A stretch of DNA of 64,000 bases from the human T2T-CHM13v2.0 reference genome, Homo sapiens, in the NCBI RefSeq assembly GCF_009914755.1, contig NC_060927.1; one strand, 5' to 3'. A program made the position numbers and the translations under genes. Below, in pieces: positions 1 to 19,489 of the stretch (its first letter is position 1; each line of letters begins with the position of its first letter). Below the pieces are notes generated by a model, which did not search any database, was not told where the DNA came from, and saw only the letters and a list, made by a program, of their open reading frames with translations.

Positions 1-141
1 ACCTCTGGGAATTTTTTCATGCTGCTGCCTACATCTGGAATACCTTCTTCATCTGCCCAAATAGTGCGTGTCTTCCAGGGTCTTACTCCCACTGTGAAAC
101 CTTCCCCAGTTATTCTCACCCCTTCTTCTCACTCCTCATGA
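1..141 (+). CDS. ZNF621: 3' end of a coding exon (partial, begins upstream of window): ...[46 protein letters not shown]; C-terminal tail of KRAB zinc-finger protein ZNF621
   Basis: Frame +1 is open from base 1 to TGA at 139-141. The peptide matches my recollection of the ZNF621 C-terminus, and downstream RPL5 and EEF1G pseudogenes fit my recollection of the 3p22 locus. No zinc fingers are visible inside the window. Confidence 0.75.
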   Translation, partial: TSGNFFMLLPTSGIPSSSAQIVRVFQGLTPTVKPSPVILTPSSHSS

Positions 142-177
142 GCTTTATCTTGGCAGTCTTACGGCTCTTATGCCTAG

Positions 178-498
<321 letters not shown>

Positions 499-1769
499 TA
501 ATTTGAGTTTCATTTGTATTTTTTTCATCACCTTACATGTGTTAACAGCTGTTTCAACATAAACTCCATTATAATCTATATACATTTAAAGACCGTGTTT
601 ACATAATCTCTTCTGGGTAGAAAATGGAAATACTTAACCTTTGCATTGGTCCCTTTCAGGCTTGAACAACAGTGGCTGTATCTGCATCGTGGGGTTGCTG
701 GTGGTAGAACACTTTGGTGTTAGGAAAGTTTGGAAAAGAGGATATCCCTGTATTAGGCCATTATGATTAGAGATAAGCAGCCTGGGAGAAACATACAAGA
801 CCTGTGGCTACTGGTAGAGAATTGGAATAAGCTTCCAACAATGGACTGTAGAGATTAATGGAGATTGTTTAGTGGGCCCATGGCTAGGTGGGGTATTAAT
901 ACAGTTGAAGTTATGTTGCCCTTGGCACAGATCTTTGAGAATCTCATACATCTGTGAAAAAGATAATGTGAAATAAACAGTAAAAAAAAAAAGTATGTTG
1001 ATGGCAGTGAGAGTAATCATGTCTTTAAACGTGAAGTTTTTTTTTCTTTAGTTTTGCTCTTGATAGCTAGATGTTTCTTTTAACTTTTATTTCGTAAGTA
1101 AATATACACAAAGGCATTCATCTTTGTTGAATCTGTTGTGCAGATTTTTCTTGATGAGCATTCTGTTTTTTTTTCTTTGTGAGCACTGGCTTCTATATTT
1201 TATTTCATATTTATGAATTATAAATATGAATTTAATTACTAAAGAAATAAAAATAATGGTGTAAAGCCAACTCGAGGGGAATCTGAATAAGCTTCCAAAA
1301 TTTTTTTTTTTAAGAAATAAAGGGAGCTGTGTAGTGGGTCAGTGGCTAGGTAGGTTAGTGAAGTGGAATTTGGGGTTGCTCTTGGAAGTGGCCTTGATGA
1401 GGATCCTTTACAACTATTCAGAGGACTGTGTGAAGTAGTTACTGGAAAAAGAACTTGAATTATGCATTTATTGGCATTAATGTAAACAGTAAGTCCTAAG
1501 CTTTGATGGAAGGGTCCATACATTTTTTTTTTTTTTTGCTGATGTTGCTATCTAGATGTTTCTCTATAGCAATTAATAGCAAAACCTTTACATTCTTGGT
1601 TTTTAAACTTTACCATGTGCCTGAATTACATAGTGTGCTTGTAAAAAGAAGAGTTTTCTCTCTTGCACAAATTCTGATTTTGGCTATCTGTGGTGATGGC
1701 CAGATCTTTAGCATGGACCATACTTTGAGAGATATGCTTCAAACAGAAAATGCCCACCCCTCCTCCTTT

Positions 1770-2150
1770 ACCCAGCATAAACTCTATGGTTAATTCTTAA
1801 AATAATGCCTTACAGTCTCCATTAACTCCCTTGCCCTTCTCTTGCTTTGTCATGCTCGCTTGGCAAAACCTCATCTCTGACTAAATGCAGTTCTTTGCCT
1901 TCTCTGTTCCTGCACCAAAAATGATCAGGAGAAAGCATATTACCAGGCTGAACTGTCACTTTAAATTCATGACCAGTAACTTCATGGAGGCCCTTAACGT
2001 TTCCTGATGGTCATACTACAATTTTTGGAGTCCACTTAACTCCCCTGCTTTCCTAGGCCACTACTTTATACTTTCTCTCTTCTGTAACTTCCAAAGCATC
2101 CCTCTCAGTTCTCATGCTCAGCTGATGGTTATGTTTCTGCCTTCGGCGAG
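1770..2150 (+). mobile_element. L2 fragment (old)
   Basis: Pyrimidine-rich sequence resembling L2 ORF2 (ggcaaaacctcatc...cactttaaattcatgacc); boundaries approximate. Confidence 0.5.
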
Positions 2151-2854
2151 AGAACAGCAAGCTCCAGAAAGTGGCTGCGCCTTCAGCCCCGTGCTAGAAT
2201 GAGAACATATGGAGCCAACTTGAGTTCGGAAGGGCTGTGGCCACCTCGTTTCGCCCATCTACTTTTCACCTTGCCGTATCTGATTCTTCACCACCGTATT
2301 CTCAGTCACTTCCACTAAACAGTGCCAGTGTTTTAAGGTTCTGTCACACTCAGTAACCCACTTCTGGTTCCTCATTCCGTGTCAGTGATCAGCAGTAGAC
2401 TGAAGAATCTACCTTAGATTTGCTCCATACTATTAATTAGCTTACAAAATGTCTAAGAGGAGCTAAGCTGGGATGCCACATAGGCAGAAGCCAGGAAAAA
2501 TGACCAACCACAGAACCAAGTGGTTCCAGTGGAAACTCAGCAGCTGCTGGTGCCTGCTACTGGACTGCCACCCCCCATTGAAGAGACTGGACCACCAGGA
2601 AGGTCGTTTCACATTCTGTAGTAAAAATACCCCTACAATCATTTTGGTAGGGTCTTCTGTCTTCAGCCAGGGTGTACCTGCTCGGTGGGAGTTGGTTATA
2701 TATGTATGTCCAAGTTGCAGGGGCTTCTGGGAAATACAGGTTTTGGATTCTGCCTGGGAAGAGAGTCATAGTATGAAGAAGTCTGAAAATGGGGAAGGGA
2801 TTTTCAGAATATGTTGAGCAGCTGTAAAATATCAGATACCCATTATAGGCATTG

Positions 2855-3060
2855 AAGGTTACCTAAATGACAGAAGGATGCACTATATTCATGGGTAGGA
2901 AAGATTAGTTTCATCAAGATTTCAATTTTTATCAATTCATAAATTAAAAACAATATAAAAATTCCAGAGGGGTGTGTGTATAGAGAGGCAAAGGACACAG
3001 AGTAGCTAACCTAGTTTTGAAGAACAAGATGGGGGGTTTTATGCTACCAGATATTATATA
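2855..3060 (+). mobile_element. Old L1M ORF2 fragment
   Basis: Resembles L1 ORF2 (cctaaat...ttcatgggtaggaaga...); degraded. Confidence 0.5.
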
Positions 3061-3144
3061 CAATGATCATCAAACACAGAACAAAGCAAAAAACAAACTC
3101 CCCAAACCCAAGTTGAAACAAAAAAAACCCCCAGACTGTAATAG

Positions 3145-3433
<289 letters not shown>

Positions 3434-4369
3434 TGTAACATGATTTGCTGAAATTTTTAAAAATCTTAAATAATGTACTGTTTAGAAATATACATATTTT
3501 ATACAAAATTATAAAGAAAGCATAGAGAGGTAAGCATTAGTGGCACAGCTGAGAAAATATAAAAGGTAGTTCTGTCTCTATCCTGTCTCCTTTATTCTGC
3601 TACTGCTCTCATTCTGTCTCATCCCAGGAATCCAGTCCCAAGTGCTGCCTGCCAATCGTCCAGCACCCTCCACCTTTGCCACCTATTTCTTGTTGTAAAA
3701 CAGATGTTTGTTTCTAAAATATAATGAATTAATGATTATCAAAGTACAGGCATACCTCATTTTATTGCAGTTTGTTTTATTGTGTCTTGCGGATATTGCA
3801 TTTTTTACAAACTGAAGGTTTGTGGCAGGCCTGTGTTGAGCAAGACTATCAGTGCCATTTTTTTTCAACAGCATGTGCTCATTTCATTTTTCTGTGTCTT
3901 ACACAGAAACTTAAAATATTTCAAACTTTTCATTATATGTGTTTTGGTGATTAGTGACTTTTATGTTTCTATTGTAATTGTTTTGGGGTGCCACAGACTG
4001 CATCCATCTAAGACAGTGAGCTTAGTTGATGTGTGTGTGTGTGTTCTGATTACTCCACTAACTGATGGTTCCCCATCTCTCTCCCTCTCCTCAGACCTCA
4101 CTATTCTCTCAGACACAACAGTATTGAAATTAGACCAATTGATAACCTTACAAACACCTTTAAGTGTTTAAGTGAAAAAGTCACATGCCTCTCACTTTAA
4201 ATCAAAAGCTAGAAATGATTAAGCTTAGTGAGGAAGGCTAATGTCAACAGCTGAGATAGGCCAAAAGCTAGACTGCTTCTGCCAAACAGTCAAGTTGTGA
4301 ATGCAAAAGAAAAGTTCTTGAAGGAAATGAAAAGTACTTCTCCAGGGAACACATGAACGATAATAAAGT

Positions 4370-4652
4370 GGCCAGGTGCAGTGGCTGACACCTAGAATCC
4401 CAGCACTTCGGGGAGCCAAAGCGGGAGGATCCCCTGAAGCCAGGAGTCCGAGACCAGCTTGGGCCACAAAGTGAGACCCCTGTCTCTACAAAAAATTAAA
4501 AATTTAGCTGGGTGTGGTTGTGCATGCCTGTAGTCCGATCTACTTGGGAGGCTGAAGTGAGAGGATCCCTTTAGCCAGGGAGTTCGAGACTGCAGTGAGC
4601 TATGATTGTGCCACTGCACTCTAGCCTGTGTGACAGAATGAAACCAAAAAAA
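4370..4652 (+). mobile_element. AluJ inserted in Tigger1
   Basis: Sense Alu with J-type diagnostics (gagactgcagtgagctatgat); short TSD aaagtg. Confidence 0.9.
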
Positions 4653-5280
4653 GTGAAACAGCATTATTACTGATATGGAGAAAGTTTTAGGGGTCTGGAT
4701 CAAACCAACCACAAATTCCCTTAAGCCAAAACCTAATCCAGAGCAAGGCCATAACTGCCATTGTATGAAGGCTGAGAGAAGTGAGGAAGCTGCAGGAAAG
4801 TTTGAAGCTAGCAGAGGTTGGTTCATGAGGTTTAAGAAGTCATCTTATCATAAAAGTGCAAGGTGAAGCAGCAAGTGCTGGTGTAGAAGCTGTAGCAATT
4901 TATCCAGATCTAGCTGAGTTAATTGATGAAGTTGCTACACCACGAGATTTTCAGTGTATTCCAAACAGCCTTCTTTTGGAAGAAGAAACCATCTAGGACT
5001 TTCATGGAGAAGAGAAGTTAATCCCTGGCTTAAAAGCATCAAAGGACAGCTCGTCTCTCTTGTTAGGGGTTCATGCAGCTGGTAACTTTAAGTTGAAGCC
5101 AATGCTCATTTACCATTCAGAAAATCCTAGGGCCCATAAGAATTATGCTAAATCCACTCTGCCTGTGCTCTAGAAATGGAAGATCAAAGCCTGGATGACA
5201 GCACATCTGTTTACAGCATGGATTACTGAATATTTTAAGCCCACTGTTGAGACCTACTAAATATTAGGAAAAAAGAATTC

Positions 5281-5573
5281 TGTCAGGTGTGGTGGCTCAC
5301 ACTTGTAATCCCAACACTTTGGGAGGCCAAGGCAGGTGGATCAGTTGAGGTCAGGAGTTTGAGACCAGCCTGACCAACATGGAGAAACCCTATCTCTACT
5401 AAAAATACAAAAATTAGCTGGATGTGGTGGTGTGTGCCTGTAATCCCAGCTACTTGGGAGGCTGAGGCAGGAGAATTGCTTGAATCCAGAGGCAGAGGTT
5501 GCAGTGAGCTGAGGTTGCACCACTGTGCTTCAGCCTGGGTAACAGAGTGAGACTGTCTCAAAAAAAAAAAAAA
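5281..5573 (+). mobile_element. AluS inserted in Tigger1
   Basis: Sense dimeric Alu with A tail. Confidence 0.95.
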
Positions 5574-6832
5574 TTTAGTTCCAAATATTACTGCTCGTTG
5601 ATAATGTGTCTGGTCACCCAAGAGTTCTGATGGAGATGTACAAAGAGATTAATGTTTTTATGTCTGCTAAACAACATCCATTCTGCAGGATCCATTACTC
5701 CATGGGTCAAGGAGTAATTTTGACTTTCAAGTATTATTTAAGGAATACATTTTGTAAGGCTGTGGCTGCCATAGTGGTTGTTCTGTACAAAGTAACTTGA
5801 AAACCTTCTGGAAAGGATTCATCATTCTAGATGCCATTAAGGACATTTGTGATTCATGGGAGAAGGTCAAAATATCAACATTAACAGGAGTTCAGAAGAC
5901 ATTGACCTCAACCCTGATGGATGATCTTGAGGGGTTCAAGACTTCAGTGGACGAAGTAACTGCAGATGTGGTGGAAATAGCAAGATAACTAGACTTAGAA
6001 GTGGAACCTGCATATGTGACTGAATTGCTGCAATCTCATGATAAAACGTGAACAAATGAGGAGTTGCTTCTAATATAAGAGCCACAAAAGTGGTTTCTTG
6101 AGATGGAAACTACTCCTGGTGAAGATCCTGTGACCATTGTTGAAATGACAACAAAGGACTTAGAATATTACATAAACTTAGTTGATAAAACAGCAGCAGA
6201 GTTTGAGAGGATTGACTTCAATTTTGAAGAATGTTCCACTGTGGGTAAAAGGCTATCCAACAGCAACACATGCTACAGATAAATCTTTCGGAAAGGAAGA
6301 GTCAGTTGATGTTGCAGCCTTCCTTGTTGTCTCATTTAAAGAAATCTCTAGAGCCACACTAACCTTCAGCAACCACCACACCGATCATTCAGCAGCCATC
6401 AACAGTGAGGCAAGACTGTCTTCCAGCAACAAAGACTCACTGAAGACTTAGATTATCGTTAGCATCTTTTAGCAATAAAATATTTTTAAATTAAAGTATG
6501 TACATTGTCAGATATAATGCTATTGCAAACTTAATAGACTATAATATAGATTAAACATAACTTTTATAGGTACTGGAAAATAAAAATAATTGTGTGACTC
6601 CCTTTATTGTGTTAAACATTTTATTACAGTTGTCTGGAAGCAAACCTGCAATATCTCCAAGATATGCCTGTATTTTTCAAAATGTGGTCTTTTAACATTG
6701 CTATGAAGTTTATCAGTAATAATATCTTATTTCATGGTTGTCCAGAAGTTACATAACTTGTCTTAATCTAAAAATCATATCATTTAAAAAGCCTGATGAT
6801 TTAATATTTTTCATAAAGAAAACTTTTGACAA

Positions 6833-6934
6833 TTTGTTTTTAAGAGACAAAGTTTTCTATGTTGCCCAAACGATTTGAACTCTGGGGTCAAGCGATCCTT
6901 CTCCCTCAGCCTCCCAAGTAACTGGGACTACAGG
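6833..6934 (-). mobile_element. FLAM / Alu monomer
   Basis: Monomeric Alu-like sequence (...cctcccaagtaactgggactacagg). Confidence 0.7.
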
Positions 6935-7214
6935 GCATTTGACAGTTGTATTACATGAAACCCAATTGTAAGGCTAGCTCATATCTTTCTCTTAAATGAA
7001 TCAGCAACAAGTGTTACGATTTCATTTCCACTGGTCTACTTATTTGTTTCAATGGATTTGTGGTGTTATAGGAAATTTCAGTTGGCCCAAAAGTTTCAAT
7101 CTACTCCATTTTGCTGCTTCCACAAGGGCACCTTGGATTTTAATAATGATAAAAAGATATACTTTCCTGGTACTATTCCCCATTTGACATTTAAGCACAG
7201 GGCATTGAAAGGTT

Positions 7215-7300
7215 AGACTTTTACATTTCAGGTTTGTATAGAAAGAAATGAGGCTCCGGAGAGAGTAAATGACCTTGCTAATGGTTGCAGTGGTTGGGGA
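7215..7300 (-). mobile_element. MIR fragment
   Basis: Core-like gaaatgaggctccggagagagtaaatgaccttgc. Confidence 0.5.
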
Positions 7301-7780
7301 CAAAGTTGAAGTATATTAATGTGCACACTCAGCCCTGATGCTAACTTTCTAACAATAACAGTCTCAAGTTATAACAGCAGTTTTCAGTGTATCAAGTGAT
7401 TACTTACATGAAATAGGGTTTTTTTTGTTTTTATTTCTGTTTTTGCAGGTAGTCTTAGCAGTTCAATTGTAATTTGTTCTTCAGTAACTATCAAACTGGT
7501 TAATTATGGAAGGAGTGATGTCCATTAGATTGTAGAGGTGTAAATAATGAGTGTCAAATATATAGGCAGCAGAAATCTGAAGACAAATTGTGCCTGTTAC
7601 TGAGAAGGGAGGTTCTCTTCACAGCTGCTGTGAGCTGGGGACAGAGCAGTTTTCTTGTACTTTTCAGATCTCTCATTTTCCATAAACAAAGTGCTTAATT
7701 GTTTTATAAACAATCTAGAAGGGATGTCTATATCACTTGTACAGATTGTCCATTTTTAATCTCTTGATTATATAAGCAGC

Positions 7781-8403
<623 letters not shown>

Positions 8404-8421
8404 TTAAAGAATTGTTTTCTA

Positions 8422-8809
8422 CTCAAGCAGGGAACTGCTTAGGGCAAACCTGCCTTCTATTCAAAGTCACTCCTCTGCTCACTGAGATAGATGCATATCT
8501 GATCTGCCGCGTTTGGAAAGAGTAATCAGAAACTCTAAAGAATGTAACCCTTTGTGTATCACCTAGCTGACCTGGAAGCTCTCTCGGTGCTTCAAGTCTT
8601 CCTGCCTTTTCTTCAAGTTGTTCCGCCTCTCCAGACCGACCCAATGTACTTCTTACATATATTGACTGATGTCTCATGTCTCTCCCTAAATATATAAAAC
8701 CAAGCTGTGCCCTGACCACCTTCGGCACATATCAGGATTTCCTGAGGCTATGTCACGGGCACATCATCAATCTTTGCAAAATAAACTTTCTAAATTAACC
8801 GAAATAAAT
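8422..8809 (+). mobile_element. MER4A-type ERV1 LTR fragment (U3-R only) with A-rich tail
   Basis: MER4-family sequence (tataaaaccaagctgtgccctgaccacc...ctttgcaaaataaactttctaaatt); ends about 17 nt after AATAAA in (AAAT)n. Confidence 0.8.
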
Positions 8810-9109
8810 AAATAAATGTTTTCTAACTATAAAAGAAATATGTGCTTAGAGCAAAAAACTTACCTAGAAAAGTACCTAGGCCTGAATTCCACCACTTTTA
8901 ATATTTGGTGAACACACATATGTACACATACACAAATTATAAATTGCATATTCTATTGTACGTTTCTGTTTCTCAGCAGAATATCATGCACATGTCCCAA
9001 TTAACAAGCTATGTTTAATGGATGCATCATATTACATTCCATGGACTTATACTCTTTACGTAAGCAGTCTCATTATTGAACATTTAGGATATTTCCATTT
9101 TGAATCTCA

Positions 9110-9403
9110 TTTATTTATTTAGAGACAGGATCTCGCTTTGTCACCCAGGCTGGAGTGCAGTGGTGCAATCACAGGTCGCTGCAATCACTGCCTTCTGGGC
9201 TCAGGTGATACTCCTGCCTCAGCCTCCTGAGTAGCTGGGATTACAGGCATGTGCCACCACAACTGGCTAATTTTTTCATTTTTTGTAGAGACAGGTTGTC
9301 ACTATGTTACCCAGGCTGGTCTCAAACTCCTGGGCTCAAGTGCTCTTCCTTCCTTGGCCTCCCAAAGGGCTGGGATTACAAGCATGAGACACCGTACCCA
9401 GCC
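9110..9403 (-). mobile_element. AluJ
   Basis: Antisense Alu; TSD tttgaatctc. Confidence 0.9.
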
Positions 9404-9513
9404 TTTGAATCTCTTTTAAATACTTTGAGAAACAACTTGTACATACATGATGATACAGTCATGATTTTTAAAAGTTTATTTCCAAGGATTTTTTTTTTTT
9501 AATAAAAGAAATA

Positions 9514-9803
9514 GGGCCAGGTCTGGCGGCTCATGCCTGTAAATGCAGCACTTTGAGAGGCTGAGGCAGGTAGATCACTTGAGCCCAGGAGTTGGAGACC
9601 AGCCTGGGTAACATGGTGACAACCTGTCTCTACAAAAAATGAAAAAATTAGCCAGTTGTGGTGACACATGCCTGTAATCCCAGCTACTCAGGAGGCTGAG
9701 GCAGGAGTATCACCTGAGCCCAGAAGGCAGTGATTGCAGCAACCTGTGATTGCACCACTGCACTCCAGCCTGGGTGACAGAGTGAGACCCTGTCTCAAAA
9801 AAA
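9514..9803 (+). mobile_element. AluJ followed by GA-rich low-complexity tract to about 9900
   Basis: Sense Alu; TSD agaaatag. Confidence 0.9.
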
Positions 9804-9871
9804 GAGAGAAATAGAGAAGAAAGAAAAAGAAGGACGGAGGGAGGGAGGAAGGAAGGAAGAGAAATATTTAA

Positions 9872-10613
<742 letters not shown>

Positions 10614-10849
10614 TCTCCTGCATCCATTAAACATAGCTTACTTGTTAATTGGGAGATGTGCACAATATTCTGCTAATTTGTACATTTTAAAAAGTTACAT
10701 AGATGCTGTTGTTCCAGGGGCACTGGAGACAGTTATGCCAGGTACAACTATGTACAGTGATTCTATATTAGTTTCAGTGTATCATTTAGCAACTTTTTTC
10801 TATTAACAAATTGCTTGAGATATAGTACTATAGAACATGTGGTTTAGCA

Positions 10850-11250
10850 AAATTAGGGAATAAACCAAAAAAGAGAAAAGCTTTGTGTCCAGGAAATGGA
10901 GGATCAAATATTCATAGAAAAGTGAAGGAACAGGAAGACAATTGTGTGCCTGTCTTAGGCAACAACCAGTTCAAATTGGTGGAGGAGGAGGAGGATGAAA
11001 AACTGAGAAGAAGGACTCCAGGAAAAAAGGGCAAAAAATTAAAAAATCCCAATCCATTATTGTACGATGTCAGAACACCAAAGATAAAGAAAAGATTACA
11101 CATCAGGAAATTGGATTCAGAATGGCATCAGGCTTCTCAATAGCAACATGGGATGCTGAAAGATAGTGAAGGATCTCCTTCAAAATCCTAAAGAAAATTA
11201 TTTTCAACCTAGAATTACACCCATAGTCAAATATCAATCGAAAGTAAATT
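10850..11250 (+). mobile_element. Old L1M ORF1 fragment
   Basis: cagaatggcatcaggcttctcaatagcaac...ttttcaacctagaatt resembles the L1 ORF1 3' region. Confidence 0.6.
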
Positions 11251-11259
11251 TATGTGAGC

Positions 11260-12545
<1,286 letters not shown>

Positions 12546-13203
12546 TATAAAGATATTTTAAGCATTCAGGGACTAAATAATTTAACCATCATGTTATAAG
12601 AATATATGTGTTTCAGAAAAATGAGGAAATAATGAAAAGATTTAGGGGATCCAGGAAATTGGGTATCCAGCACAGAAGAAGGAGAGAATGATTCTCCTTC
12701 TCTCGTACAATTGTATACTAGGGTTAGGCAGCAACCAATCAAGATTCTAATAGAACAATAAGAGGTTGTGAGAGGGACATATTCTGGAGAAAAAAAAAGG
12801 TGGGGGGAATTGATAGATTGCTTGAGGTGCTTAAGTGTTGGGGAAAATACTGTTTGACAGGTCTGTGGGAGAAAAGGGTCATAAAAAACAAAGCAAATTA
12901 CAAAAAGAATTCAGGCTACTGTGAACTACAGGAAAAACAAAGTTGAGTGAGAAAAAATGTAATTAGAAAACACTACTTAGTTTAGAAAGTAATATTTATG
13001 CAGCCATGATAATGTAAATGCTGCATTTCATTACAACCAAAATTTATGGATATAATAATATTGAGAGAATGAGAGTAATAATGTTGGGAGAATGGGAGTA
13101 TAGTGAGATGTAAAACAGCTAAATCCTCAATAATTACAACAGGAACTTAACTGATTCTAGCTAAAATGGATAACTACCTCTATGAAGAGCAGTGTAAACA
13201 CAT

Positions 13204-13620
13204 GTGGCAGCTACAGTTGGTTGTCTACAAAACATCCAATCGCTTCCTTCCTTCTGTCTGGGTTTCGTTCAGCATTCCCTCCCTCCATTAGCCATGCACA
13301 GCAAGGTGCATCTCCAGAGGGTAGACATTGCTTGCTCCAAGTCAATTATGCTGTTTCTGTACCCCTTCCTGACCAGCTAGGGCACAGCAATGTGCTGCAA
13401 TTCTAGCCAATAACACACAAGGGAGGGCTTCTTAGGAGCTTGAAGGAGTAAATTTTTTACTCTTACAAAAGAGACACTGAGGAAGTGGCCTTTCGGTATT
13501 GTCACGTCTGGATGTGGTATTCAGAGCTGTTGCATTCATCTTGTGAGCCTGAGGTGAGCCAGACAAAATGACAGAGGGCAGACAGAGCCCAGATAATCTC
13601 CGAGAAGTGGAGCCCGGATC
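13204..13620 (+). mobile_element. MaLR LTR (MLT1J/K-like)
   Basis: Starts tgtggcag; caattctagccaat and gagctgttgcattcatcttgtga resemble MLT1J/K. Confidence 0.55.
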
Positions 13621-13887
13621 ACACTACACCTTATATTTTCTTTTGGAAACATCTTTAAAAGATAAAATCAACATAAAATAAATATAAAGTAAAAAAAAAA
13701 AAAAAGAAAGAAACTAGTACTTTTTGCCATCTAAGTCCTTCATCCAGATGTTATTGTGAACAGGGTGCACATTATTTAGGTCATTTTCCATATGCATATG
13801 TGATTTTTAAAATAAATGTATGTATGTTCATACATACATGAACACATATACAATTTTTAAAAAGCCCAATGGGGATCATACTATAGG

Positions 13888-13975
13888 CCAGTGATTCTCA
13901 AACTTGAAAATGCTTAAGAATTCTCTGGAGGGTTTCTTAAATACAGATTACTAGATCCTATTCACAGAAATGCCA
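13888..13975. mobile_element. MER5A fragment (hAT-Charlie)
   Basis: cagtgattctcaaactt...agaattctctggagggtttcttaaatacagatt. Confidence 0.65.
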
Positions 13976-14360
13976 CACTGCAGGGCATGCTCAGTCCTTC
14001 CAAGGATTAGTGGGCAGACACATCTGGAGGCCTGGCCACCTCAGACCTTCTGAACATTCATGACTCATGTCTCCACTCCTCCCACTGCTCTCTCGAGTCT
14101 TGAGGGAATAATCCCATTCTAGATTCCCCTTCTCAAACAGAAAAACACAAGGCCTGCATTGAATCCTCTCTCCAGGCTAGTTAATTCCCTCAATAAACTT
14201 AGGCTTTTAAGAGAAAATGCCTGTTTTTAGGGATTATTTTCATGTCAGTAGATTCCAATGTGCAGTTTCTTTCCCTCCTTCTCTCCCTCCCTCCCTCTCT
14301 CTCTTTCTTCTTTTTTTCTTTTTCTTTCATTCTTTCTTTTTTTTAAGAAACATAAACACA

Positions 14361-14696
14361 TTATTATTATTATACTTTAAGTTCTAGGGTACATGTGCGC
14401 AACGTGCAGGTTTGTTACATATGTATACATGTGCCATGTTGGTGTGCTGCACCCATTAACTAGTCATTTACATTAGGTATATCTCCTAATGCTATCCCTC
14501 CCCCCTCCCCCCACCCCACGACAGGCCCCGGTGTGTGATGTTCCCCACCCCGTGTCCAAGTGTTCTCATTGTTCAATTCCCACTTATGAGTGAGAACATG
14601 CGGTGTTTGGTTTTCTGTCCTTGTGACAGTTTGCTCAGAATGATGATTTTCAGCTTCATCCATGACCCTACAAAGGACATGAACTCACCCTTTTTT
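14361..14696 (-). mobile_element. 5'-truncated young L1PA (L1PA3-6-like) 3' end
   Basis: ttatactttaagttctagggtacatgtgc...; TSD gaaaca(t/c)aaacac on both sides. Confidence 0.95.
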
Positions 14697-15099
14697 GAAA
14701 CACAAACACTTTTTAACTGCTCCCATGAAAAGAGAAAAATCCAGATTTTAGTACCCAAGATACTGGCTACTCTCCTGGTAGAGGAAACAAAAATAACTCA
14801 CTCCTTGATGGTTGGCAGCAGCAAAATCAAGCAAACGAACCGTAAGTCACTTTTTAAATTGCCCTGCCACATCCATGTATGCCAGATGCTGCAGTAAGAC
14901 CCATCAGATGAACCTTTTCAAGATGCTTTCTGCCTGATTTACTCTTTCTGCTCTTTACAATATATTTTCCCTGCAAATGAGTGCATGCTCATTCTGCCTG
15001 ATTTTCTACCTCCCGGCAAACCTTCATTACAAAGATACTGAGAAACAGGCTGGCAGAAACCTTCAGGGAACATCAGCAGACTTGAATCTAAAATGATTA

Positions 15100-15417
<318 letters not shown>

Positions 15418-15425
15418 TGATGATT

Positions 15426-15766
<341 letters not shown>

Positions 15767-15837
15767 TTAAGTGTGCTTTTCTAACAATAATGAGATATGC
15801 GACAGTTGATGACACATTGGTGAACCCACTAAACAAA

Positions 15838-16140
15838 TTAATTCATTCTCTTAACAATACTTATTGGGTGCCTACTATGTGCTAGGCATTGCGCTAGGAC
15901 TAAGATATCGTGATAAACAAGTCATCCCCTCTTGGACCTTATAATCTTTTGAGGGAGACAGTACAACAGATAATTGAGCAAGTTATGATAATTTTGGTAA
16001 GCACTTGAAGGAAAGGTATGGGGTATTGTGAGTAAAGAGGAGGGGCTGAGGGAAAAACGCAAATGTCCTGCAATAGTCAGGTACATGGCTCATTTGAAAT
16101 ACTGAAGGAAGTTTGCTGTGGCTCGAATAATGAGTGAAGG
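15838..16140 (-). mobile_element. L2 3' end
   Basis: attcattc...ttattgggtgcctactatgtgctaggcatt. Confidence 0.7.
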
Positions 16141-16224
16141 ATGGAGAAAATAAAAAGTACACGATAGTACCATTTTACTAGTGTAACTTGCTTACTTGTT
16201 AAATAGAGATTTTTTTAAAAAAAT

Positions 16225-16350
16225 TCTTTTTGTAGAGATGGGGTCTCACTCTGTTGCCCAAACTGGTCTTTAACTTCTAGCCTCAACTGATTCTCCCACC
16301 TTGGCCTCCAAAGCACTGGAATTACAGGTTTGAGACACTGTACCTGGCCT
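16225..16350 (-). mobile_element. FLAM_C / Alu left monomer
   Basis: Monomeric antisense Alu. Confidence 0.85.
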
Positions 16351-17942
<1,592 letters not shown>

Positions 17943-18096
17943 AGGACTTTTCTTTATGTCTTGAATTATAGCTTCATGTGGAAACCCAAAGTGAAGAACA
18001 AGATTGATTGCTATGATCTTGGTGCTGAAGGATGATGACAAGGGATATCAACTGTTGGTTCTCATTTGAACCTTAGTCATTGTGGGATTTTTATTA

Positions 18097-18455
<359 letters not shown>

Positions 18456-18496
18456 CTATCTGATTTCCAAATAACTAACAGAGTACTTGGCATATT

Positions 18497-19489
<993 letters not shown>

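Larger units (their letters stand above)
3747..6670 (+). mobile_element. Tigger1 DNA transposon, near full length, transposase decayed, interrupted by two Alus
   Basis: TA|CAGGCATACCTC at 3745-3758 and ...GATATGCCTG|TA at 6661-6672 (TIRs plus TA duplication). Transposase remnants (KFEASRGWFMRFK; [16 protein letters not shown]) are broken by stops and frameshifts. Confidence 0.95.

Noticed and set aside
4150-6200. Possible domesticated Tigger transposase
   Set aside because: Reading frame is broken by stops, frameshifts and two Alu insertions
13816-13839. 11-bp-stem hairpin atgtatgtatg-tt-catacatacat
   Set aside because: Juxtaposed (ATGT)n/(ACAT)n simple repeats with no RNA-gene context
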